A DNA stretch of 64,000 bases, taken from positions 62,001 to 126,000 of IMG/VR virus record IMGVR_UViG_3300049793_000366; one strand, written 5' to 3'. The position numbers were made by a program, and so were the translations under genes. Shown here in pieces: positions 56,224 through 62,975 of the stretch; the stretch's first letter is position 1, and each line of letters opens with the position of its first letter. The notes beneath the pieces are model-generated. The model made no database searches, was not told the DNA's origin, and saw nothing but the letters and a program-made list of their open reading frames with translations.

Positions 56224-57441
56224 ATGACCAAAATTCAAAAGTTTTTTCAGTTTAATGAAAGTGCGCTAGGCTCTACTTTTTGGAATTTAATTCCAGAGTC
56301 TATTAAGACTATTCATGCCGTTTTTCAAGCAAGTGGTTATAAGCTATTCTTGGTCGGCGGTGCTGTGCGAGATTTTATTCAAGATGATATTCCAAAAGAT
56401 TATGACTTAGCTACTGATGCTCACCCGAAAGAGGTCATGAGCCTATTGGATGGTTATGAACTTAACTTACAAGGTAAAGCATTTGGTGTGGTTGTGGTAT
56501 ATACCGAAGACCAACCTCTTGGTATGGAGATAGCTACATTCAGAAAGGATGTTTCTAAAGGTAGAAATCCTTTAGTTGAGCTTATTGGTGTTACAATAGA
56601 AGATGATGTTAGAAGACGTGATATCACATACAATGCGTTATTCTTCGATTTGGATAAAAAGGAGATTGTAGATTTAGTTGGTGGCGTTGAAGATTTGAAG
56701 AACAAAATCACAAGAATGGTTGGTGATGCGATTGAGCGATTAGATGAAGATTCATTGAGAATTCTTAGAGCGTTCAGATTCGCCGCGAGATATAACAGTG
56801 AACTTGATGCTGATTTAGTTTCAGCATTGAGAAGAAGAAACTGGTTGAAAAATATTAACCACGAGACTGGTAAGCTTGAAAGAATCTCACAAGAGAGAAT
56901 TTGGCAAGATGAAATTGTTAAAGCATGGAAACAAGCTAAGAACAACTATACCAAGTATTTAAAATTCTTCACTGAGTTTGATATGTGGCCAGAAGTATTT
57001 CCGGGTGCTGTAATAAACTCTGATATCGTTAAGTGTGAACACTTCGAGGTTTACATGGCTAACCTTTTCAGAAATATGGATGTGGATGTTGCTCACCCTC
57101 AGAAGTCAGAAGCAGTATTGGTAGCTAATTACAAAATTGATGGTAATACAGCCGCAGTGATTGTTTTCTTAGTTAGTTTGTTACAGTTAACACCACAGAA
57201 TGCTCTTAGATTGTATAGAACTAAGACAAGATGCGTTTCTATGGGCTTTGAAGATATAGACCCAATGATAATCGATTGGTTCAATGTTAACTCAATAACC
57301 GATTCGACACATTCTAAATTCATCAGTTACAGACCTACTGTTGATGTTGAGTTTTTAAAATCTCAGGGTTTTAAAGATAAAGCTCTTGGTGATGAAATTC
57401 AGCGATTAGAGGTGATAGAATTCACTAAGTTAATAAAGTAA
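56224..57441 (+). CDS. cca: Class II tRNA nucleotidyltransferase (CCA-adding / poly(A) polymerase family) without HD domain
   Basis: LVGGAVRD, PKDYDLAT, EIATFR, RRDITYNAL, GGVEDL, EDSLRILRAFRFAAR and ISQERI; leader MTKIQKFFQFNES. Confidence 0.9.
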   Translation: MTKIQKFFQFNESALGSTFWNLIPESIKTIHAVFQASGYKLFLVGGAVRDFIQDDIPKDYDLATDAHPKEVMSLLDGYELNLQGKAFGVVVVYTEDQPLGMEIATFRKDVSKGRNPLVELIGVTIEDDVRRRDITYNALFFDLDKKEIVDLVGGVEDLKNKITRMVGDAIERLDEDSLRILRAFRFAARYNSELDADLVSALRRRNWLKNINHETGKLERISQERIWQDEIVKAWKQAKNNYTKYLKFFTEFDMWPEVFPGAVINSDIVKCEHFEVYMANLFRNMDVDVAHPQKSEAVLVANYKIDGNTAAVIVFLVSLLQLTPQNALRLYRTKTRCVSMGFEDIDPMIIDWFNVNSITDSTHSKFISYRPTVDVEFLKSQGFKDKALGDEIQRLEVIEFTKLIK

Positions 57442-57466
57442 AATTAGAATTCAATATATAACGACA

Positions 57467-58210
57467 ATGGCAAGATTACAATACATAAAAGATGTTTTAG
57501 GAAATAACTATGTGGGTATAGATGTTTACGCAGAAGAGGTTGCTCCTTATTTACAAAAACTGAAAGATTACATAGATGATGATAAGCAATTTGAAATACT
57601 AACTGCTAATCAAAAGTTGCGTGACCACGATAAATGGCACATCACTGTAATTAATGTATTTGATTATAACGACTTAGCTAAGTCACTTGGAATGAAAAAC
57701 TTTCTTGAGAGGTTAGATAATATCTTCAAGATGGAAGTTAACGATATCGATTTTAAAGGTATCGGTAGAGCAGAAAGAAATGGTAATGAAGCTTACTTTG
57801 TTGTTTGTCAGTCTGACTTTTTGAATTCTATTCGAGATTCTTTCAAATTAAACCCAATTGACCTTCATTGTACACTTGGGTTTAATAGAAAGGATGTTCA
57901 TGGTGTGAGGAAGAATGAGATTTTGGAGAATAAACCAAAATTTTTAAAAACTATTTCCAATCTTTATCATAAAGATAAATCTCTATCATTTATAAACGAC
58001 ATTCAAAATTTAGGAATGAAGTTAGATAATATAGAGGTTTTATCCATTACTGATACAGTGTTAACTATTCGTTCAAACGATGTGTGTTATGGTATATCTT
58101 TAATAAACACTGGTGATGAAGACGTTCTACGTATTGTATCGCAGTACGCAGATAATGGGAGTAAATCAATCAATCAATATCAAATAGAGAAAATACTGGG
58201 TAAACTATGA
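57467..58210 (+). CDS. 2H phosphoesterase
   Basis: Two HxT motifs (WHITVI, LHCTLGF) about 75 aa apart; AATATATA at 57453-57460. Confidence 0.75.
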   Translation: MARLQYIKDVLGNNYVGIDVYAEEVAPYLQKLKDYIDDDKQFEILTANQKLRDHDKWHITVINVFDYNDLAKSLGMKNFLERLDNIFKMEVNDIDFKGIGRAERNGNEAYFVVCQSDFLNSIRDSFKLNPIDLHCTLGFNRKDVHGVRKNEILENKPKFLKTISNLYHKDKSLSFINDIQNLGMKLDNIEVLSITDTVLTIRSNDVCYGISLINTGDEDVLRIVSQYADNGSKSINQYQIEKILGKL

Positions 58211-58536
58211 CCAGAATAAAAATTAAGCGCACCACAATGACAGAGGTTTTAGGGTACTTTAACTTATCGGAATGTACCGACAGAAAAAAAGTAACAACGT
58301 ATCTCAATGATTTAGCTGATAATTGTAAGATTACTTGGCACCAAGAAGATTATGACACTATAAAGATAGTGGATCTTGATTTGGATGAAACAGAGATAGA
58401 GGACATTACTAAGTTCTTGAGCGATTACGATGTAATACAAGATATCATTCAAGAGGATAATGATGATGATTTTTATGATTCTCGTGGTGATTTCGATGAT
58501 GATTTCAGTGATTTTGGCTATGGTGACATGGTTTAG
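58207..58536 (+). CDS. Hypothetical protein with acidic C-terminus
   Basis: ATGA overlap with the 2H gene; D-rich tail. Confidence 0.55.
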   Translation: MTRIKIKRTTMTEVLGYFNLSECTDRKKVTTYLNDLADNCKITWHQEDYDTIKIVDLDLDETEIEDITKFLSDYDVIQDIIQEDNDDDFYDSRGDFDDDFSDFGYGDMV

Positions 58537-58621
58537 TCTTATTTTTATTTATCTTTAAGTATCTGATTATCAACAAGTTATGTTTTATTTTAAATATTGG
58601 ATGAAAATAGTTCGCTAAAAA

Positions 58622-58653
58622 CTTGCACAATAAGAAAAGCGTCCGTATATTTG
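58622..58653 (+). promoter_or_regulatory. Bacteroidota-type promoter, probably driving ORF 58694 and the RNA array
   Basis: CTTG-N20-TATATTTG; the first obvious downstream terminator is at 59760. Confidence 0.65.
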
Positions 58654-58693
58654 TACTCAGCTAATAAATAATATAAACTTAAATAAACACACT

Positions 58694-59314
58694 ATGGCAG
58701 GTATCTTCGACAAAGCAAAAAAGAACGCAGTTGTTAAAACAGCAGCAAAAGACGAAAAAACTCGTGTAACTATCGATAACCCAGAGTTCTTCGATAAAAT
58801 TGCTACTTTACAAGTACTTAACGAAAACATGAAACGTGATAAAGCGAAAGCTGACATGATTTCTGATGAAGTTAAAGAAATGGGTATCGAGAAGTGGGCT
58901 GACCTTTATACCGAAAAAGGTAAAAATCCTGAAACCATCATGCTTGAAGCACAAAACGCTACTGGTGACACTGCTCAAGCAATGTTCATGGTTACAGACA
59001 AATACATCAAAATTGACGAAGCTCGTGCTGAACAGTTGAAAGAATCTTATGGTGATGATATCGTTACCGAAGAAACTACTTTCGCTTTCGATGCTAAGAT
59101 GCTTGAGAAATATGCTGATATCATCAGCGAATTAATTGAAAATAGCGACAAAATTAAAGATGCCGACAAAGGCCAGTTAATTGTTGCTACAACCTCTTAC
59201 AACGTAGCAAAAGGTACTATCGACAAGCTTGATAAGTACGGAGAAGTTGCTACAATGGTTCAAGAAGTGAAACCAGTTGTAATGATGAAAAATGTAGAGG
59301 TTATCAACGGGTAA
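58694..59314 (+). CDS. Hypothetical early protein
   Basis: 206-aa Lys/Ala/Asp-rich ORF with strongly biased, high-expression-like codon use. Confidence 0.7.
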   Translation: MAGIFDKAKKNAVVKTAAKDEKTRVTIDNPEFFDKIATLQVLNENMKRDKAKADMISDEVKEMGIEKWADLYTEKGKNPETIMLEAQNATGDTAQAMFMVTDKYIKIDEARAEQLKESYGDDIVTEETTFAFDAKMLEKYADIISELIENSDKIKDADKGQLIVATTSYNVAKGTIDKLDKYGEVATMVQEVKPVVMMKNVEVING

Positions 59315-59316
59315 CC

Positions 59317-59436
59317 TTTTAGGAGCGTCTCTTGTTGTCGAAGAGTGGTGAGAAATCATCACTCTTTGTCAGATGGTGACTAAATGATACAACCAAATAG
59401 GTCACGCTACTATTTAATATAGTAGTTCTCTTAGAA
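59317..59436 (+). ncRNA. Candidate four-way-junction RNA
   Basis: Closing stem TTTTAGGAG/CTCTTAGAA; arms CGTCT/AGATG ending in an 11-bp GAAA hairpin, GTGACT/GGTCAC and CTACTAT/ATAGTAG. Confidence 0.5.
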
Positions 59437-59445
59437 ATTAAAAAT

Positions 59446-59511
59446 GGGGATTTAGCTCAGTGTTTAGAGCGTCTGTAAAGAAGGTCGGTGGTTCGATTCC
59501 ATCAATCTCCA
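59446..59511 (+). tRNA. tRNA-Ala-like RNA with a truncated anticodon arm (no anticodon)
   Basis: Acceptor GGGGATT/AATCTCC (G3:U70) with A73; D-stem GCTC/GAGC; T-arm GGTGG-TTCGATT-CCATC; variable AGGTC; anticodon arm only TCT-GTAA-AGA. Confidence 0.75.
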
Positions 59512-59513
59512 CA

Positions 59514-59624
59514 AGTGTTGTAGGGCATATTAGGTCAGTTAAAGCACTGACATAGGGGTAGAATGACAGTACTTCGTTTTACCAAACAAAAACTACAAGT
59601 GTTTACCCGACACTTGGCAACACT
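59514..59624 (+). ncRNA. Candidate multi-stem RNA between the two tRNAs
   Basis: AGTGTTG/CAACACT closing stem; hairpins GTCAGT/ACTGAC, GGTAGAA/TTTTACC and CAAGTGT/ACACTTG. Confidence 0.5.
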
Positions 59625-59629
59625 GACCC

Positions 59630-59701
59630 GGTTTGGTAGCTCAATGGCAGAGCGGCGGATTCTAAACCCGAAGGTTGTGGGTTCGAACCCCATCCGAACC
59701 A
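59630..59701 (+). tRNA. Amber suppressor tRNA (anticodon CUA)
   Basis: Acceptor GGTTTGG/CCGAACC with A73; D-arm GCTC-AATGGCA-GAGC; anticodon loop TT-CTA-AA (59660-59666) on CGG/CCG; T-arm GTGGG-TTCGAAC-CCCAT; no encoded CCA. Confidence 0.78.
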
Positions 59702-59702
59702 C

Positions 59703-59757
59703 ACTGCTTAGTTACATAGTGTGTTACAGATTCTCCTTTAGCAAGAGGATCAGCAGT
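59703..59757 (+). ncRNA. Small candidate structured RNA after the suppressor tRNA
   Basis: ACTGCT/AGCAGT closing stem stacked on a GATTCTC/GAGGATC hairpin. Confidence 0.35.
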
Positions 59758-59759
59758 AA

Positions 59760-59789
59760 AACCCGTTCTTCGAGCGGGTTTTCTTTTTT
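59760..59789 (+). terminator. Intrinsic terminator ending the RNA array
   Basis: AACCCGTT-CTTCG-AGCGGGTT followed by TTCTTTTTT. Confidence 0.85.
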
Positions 59790-60492
59790 ACAATAAATTG
59801 ATTTTGGATATTGGTCTATCACCGCTCTTGAATACACCCATTCCTATAATTACGGAAATAGTATCATCTTTCTCTTCGGTTTTTATTGCGCGACTTATAA
59901 CTACGTCTAAATCATTCTTATTTATGATTAGAACAGACTTCTCAGTCCAAGTGGGTACTACATAGCATTTTCTATTATTAATGAAGCCAGCCTCAGAGAA
60001 ACCCATATTCTTACTAAATAGTAGACTATTCTGCTTTTTGTAAATATCATTGAATGCAGGCATACTGAATAAAACTATTGAGTCAGCCTTTAGACATGAT
60101 TCTATACTCGACATTACGTATTCCTTAGACTTAGTTTTCTTTGAGAAAAGTCTCTTGAAGAAATTCTTTGCCTTATAAAACTTGATGTATTCTATTACAT
60201 TAGCATTTGATGATAAATAATTTAGAATGTGACTATGAATGTGACTCTTAGCTAAATTAGCAGCTATTGGTGTTAAGTCAATATCATTTTTATTATGTTG
60301 GATATCAATATTATGTTCATCCAAAACACAGTCTATAAGTACCGTATCAGTTTCGATTAGGTCGCCTTTGTTGACGGTTGTTTGCTTTTGATACTTACCT
60401 TTATTTCTATCGATGTAGAAAATATTTACAATATCGCTAACGTTAGATGCATTCATAGCACCTGATAAAATCTCGTGTTTATCTATGTTCAT
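59788..60492 (-). CDS. Hypothetical protein
   Basis: 234-aa ORF converging on the terminator. Confidence 0.55.
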   Translation of the reverse strand: MNIDKHEILSGAMNASNVSDIVNIFYIDRNKGKYQKQTTVNKGDLIETDTVLIDCVLDEHNIDIQHNKNDIDLTPIAANLAKSHIHSHILNYLSSNANVIEYIKFYKAKNFFKRLFSKKTKSKEYVMSSIESCLKADSIVLFSMPAFNDIYKKQNSLLFSKNMGFSEAGFINNRKCYVVPTWTEKSVLIINKNDLDVVISRAIKTEEKDDTISVIIGMGVFKSGDRPISKINLL

Positions 60493-60524
60493 AGATTTGA
60501 TTTTCTCTTTTATATTAAAAAATG

Positions 60525-61217
60525 TTAGATTGTTCTATTGACAAGTTCAATAGCACTTAAAGGAATTGAGTCAAATGTCATTACAACATCTTCTCTCTTG
60601 TGGAAATTTAAATCCATCCACCATTTATTTGGAATCATTGATGTGTCAATTCTCCATTTATCCATATCGTCTCTCCAATTATCACTGGGGTGATTTATAG
60701 CGAATACTGCTGGTGGGTATGCTAAGTCATTACTGCCTTTCCAGTTAGTACTCTGCTTATGATTTCTTGCTTTTATACCGTCTTTTAAAATCTCTTGTCT
60801 ATTAGATTTGTTAGAGAAGTGATATACATATCTATCGGTTTTAATTCTTGTATTGTGTATATCTTTAAAGAATAGGTTATAGCTGTATGTCCATGTACCA
60901 GTAGTTTCGAAGTCAAGTGAATCACCACCCATAAACTTTAAATCTGGTATTTTGGAAAAAGTATATGATAACATTACACCAATTCGCGTAAGTTTATGTT
61001 CCCACTTATCTAATATTTTGATAATAGAATCATGTGATTCTACTGAAAGATGTCTTATTTGTAATTCGTGAAAACGCTGTCTGTCTTTATCGTACTTAAC
61101 ATTATCTCTCTTTATTGATGATTCAACGCCTTGAATATCTTTAAGAATAGATTTCATATATGACTTAACTAATAACTCATTACTGACTGTCTCGTTAAAT
61201 GATAGTAGGTGCTTCAT
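60525..61217 (-). CDS. Leader-bearing protein with a putative ADP-ribosyltransferase-like C-terminal domain
   Basis: MKHLLSFNET; YVYHFSNKSNRQEILKDGI...AVFA...TFDSIPLSAI pattern. Confidence 0.55.
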   Translation of the reverse strand: MKHLLSFNETVSNELLVKSYMKSILKDIQGVESSIKRDNVKYDKDRQRFHELQIRHLSVESHDSIIKILDKWEHKLTRIGVMLSYTFSKIPDLKFMGGDSLDFETTGTWTYSYNLFFKDIHNTRIKTDRYVYHFSNKSNRQEILKDGIKARNHKQSTNWKGSNDLAYPPAVFAINHPSDNWRDDMDKWRIDTSMIPNKWWMDLNFHKREDVVMTFDSIPLSAIELVNRTI

Positions 61218-61636
61218 ATTAATTTAGCATTTTTATATCTTACCTTAATGTATTTAAATTCTGGATGTATAATCTGTGTACTCATTCTTACTGATGAAAC
61301 ACAATCTAAATCTTCTATTTTTCTAACTGCTTTATTTACTGACTTTTCTAGTTCTTCTATATTAGATTCTTTAGTTCCTGATATAATAAATTCATCCTGT
61401 ATTTTAATTACTGTGGATAGGCTACTCTTATCAATATTATCTTTAACGATGATAGATGTAGTTAATATATTAGAATGCTCGAATTTTGAGTTATGGTTCA
61501 TTTCGAATGTTCTTTCTCTATCTACGGTTATACCATCGTCAACCATACCAAAGAATATTTCAATACACTCGTTATCTGACATCACACCTGTGACTCCATT
61601 GCTATTAAATGATTCAAATAATTTAATGTGCTTCAT
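61214..61636 (-). CDS. Hypothetical protein with capsid-targeting-like leader
   Basis: Probable start MKHIKLFESF. Confidence 0.6.
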   Translation of the reverse strand: MKHIKLFESFNSNGVTGVMSDNECIEIFFGMVDDGITVDRERTFEMNHNSKFEHSNILTTSIIVKDNIDKSSLSTVIKIQDEFIISGTKESNIEELEKSVNKAVRKIEDLDCVSSVRMSTQIIHPEFKYIKVRYKNAKLI

Positions 61637-61640
61637 CAGG

Positions 61641-62609
61641 TTATACTTTCTTTTCAAAGATGTATAAGTCATAAATGTTATTACCCTTTATGCGCTTAAT
61701 CTTCTTTAGTACATCACCAGTTACAGAATCAAGTACTTTATATACACCCAATGTTGTACCGTTGCTTGTCAATACTTTTACAGTATTACCAGTTTGACCT
61801 AATGCTCCTAATATTGCGATGAATTTATTACCATAAATACTCTTTAAGAAAGATAATCTCATGTTAGCAACATCTTTAACTTGTGCTACATAAGCATTTT
61901 CAAATGGTTCATTTAAGTCTAATAAAGTATCAGTCTTAGTAACTTTAATAGTTGCGAACTTAGAACCTTTCTCAGACATAGTAACATCTTCCTTATTTTG
62001 GATTGTTTGTGTCTTAACAAGATTCTGTTGATTTCTTCTAATTTCATTAAAGTCAGCACGAGCGATGATACCACCTCTCATACCCTTATCATTCATATTA
62101 TATCCTTCTGGTGGTAAACGGTAGAAAGATCCGGTAAATGTCATTGATAATATACGGTCTGCTCTGAATAAACGCCAGATTTTCTTAATATGTGAGTTCT
62201 GTGATACAGACCAACCATTTAAGTGATAACCTCTAAGTAAAAGTTTACCCTTTGATGATTTACCATATACCATAGGATAGATAACCCTCTCGTGACCAGC
62301 AAAGTGCTTATCTTTTTCACCCTTATAGTTAATAAGGAAAATCATACCGTATTTAATAGCTCTGATTAATATATCAGGATTGAATTTAATTGGTTCGTTT
62401 ACTGGAATATCTTTAAAGATGGCTACATCATTTAATGAGAATCGAGGTACGAAAGATGTATCTTCAATTAAATCATTATAGTTTTCCCTTAATACAAACT
62501 CAAGTGGCTTTTTAACAGAATTATACACTGGTGGTTGCCAAGTATCTTCAAGCTTATTAAGAGCTTCGTTTGTTTTCTTTATAAAGGATTCTTTGTTATT
62601 ATCAACCAT
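61641..62609 (-). CDS. WYL-like domain protein
   Basis: INYKG...RVIYPMVYG...LLRGYHL.G.S...IWRLFRADRILSM; AATATATA at 62614-62621. Confidence 0.65.
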   Translation of the reverse strand: MVDNNKESFIKKTNEALNKLEDTWQPPVYNSVKKPLEFVLRENYNDLIEDTSFVPRFSLNDVAIFKDIPVNEPIKFNPDILIRAIKYGMIFLINYKGEKDKHFAGHERVIYPMVYGKSSKGKLLLRGYHLNGWSVSQNSHIKKIWRLFRADRILSMTFTGSFYRLPPEGYNMNDKGMRGGIIARADFNEIRRNQQNLVKTQTIQNKEDVTMSEKGSKFATIKVTKTDTLLDLNEPFENAYVAQVKDVANMRLSFLKSIYGNKFIAILGALGQTGNTVKVLTSNGTTLGVYKVLDSVTGDVLKKIKRIKGNNIYDLYIFEKKV

Positions 62610-62644
62610 GTGTTATATATTAATTTCACCATGACCAAAAACAA

Positions 62645-62670
62645 AAAAAGAGACCCATAAGGTCTCTTTT
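62645..62670 (-). terminator. Intrinsic terminator after the lipoprotein gene
   Basis: AAAAAGAGACC-CATAA-GGTCTCTTTT. Confidence 0.75.
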
Positions 62671-62692
62671 CTGTAAGTATCGCGATTAACGA

Positions 62693-62866
62693 TTACTTTG
62701 TAGTGTCAACTGCTGTTGTAGTTGAACAAGCTGCTGTTGTGTCAACGGCAACTACTGCTGAATCAACTGCTGTTGAATCAGTCTTTGGAGCTTCAGCTTC
62801 CGTAGTGCTACCACCACAAGATGCAAGAACTACTACAAAGCCAAGTGCTAAGAATAAATTTTTCAT
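62693..62866 (-). CDS. Small lipoprotein (57 aa) with Bacteroidota O-glycosylation motifs
   Basis: Not in the ORF track. MKNLFLALGFVVVLAS-C lipobox, then GGSTTEAEAPKTDSTAVDSAVVAVDTTAACSTTTAVDTTK; own TATATATA (62909-62916) and terminator. Confidence 0.8.
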   Translation of the reverse strand: MKNLFLALGFVVVLASCGGSTTEAEAPKTDSTAVDSAVVAVDTTAACSTTTAVDTTK

Positions 62867-62975
62867 AATTTGTTTTGTTTTATTGTTTTTTAATTATTGT
62901 TTGAGTAGTATATATAAAGATGAACATCTTTAGTTTAGTGTGTTTTTGAAAAAAATTAAAATAATATATACATTT

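Noticed and set aside
59630-59701. Reading the tRNA as Arg(TCT)
   Set aside because: That register breaks the anticodon stem (GGCGG against ACCCG), puts A at position 32 and gives a 6-nt variable loop. The CTA register is symmetrical and canonical.
59512-59760. Theta (HDV-like) ribozymes after the tRNAs
   Set aside because: The sequence after each discriminator does not start with G-led P1, and the helices are nested rather than forming the double pseudoknot.
59563-59796. ORF-track 77-aa protein
   Set aside because: It overlaps the suppressor tRNA and terminator, so it is treated as spurious.
59788-60492. Second capsid-fold paralog
   Set aside because: Only a vague likeness (AGFINNRKCYVVP versus GTIGDITIYVDP). 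It cannot be supported without a profile search.
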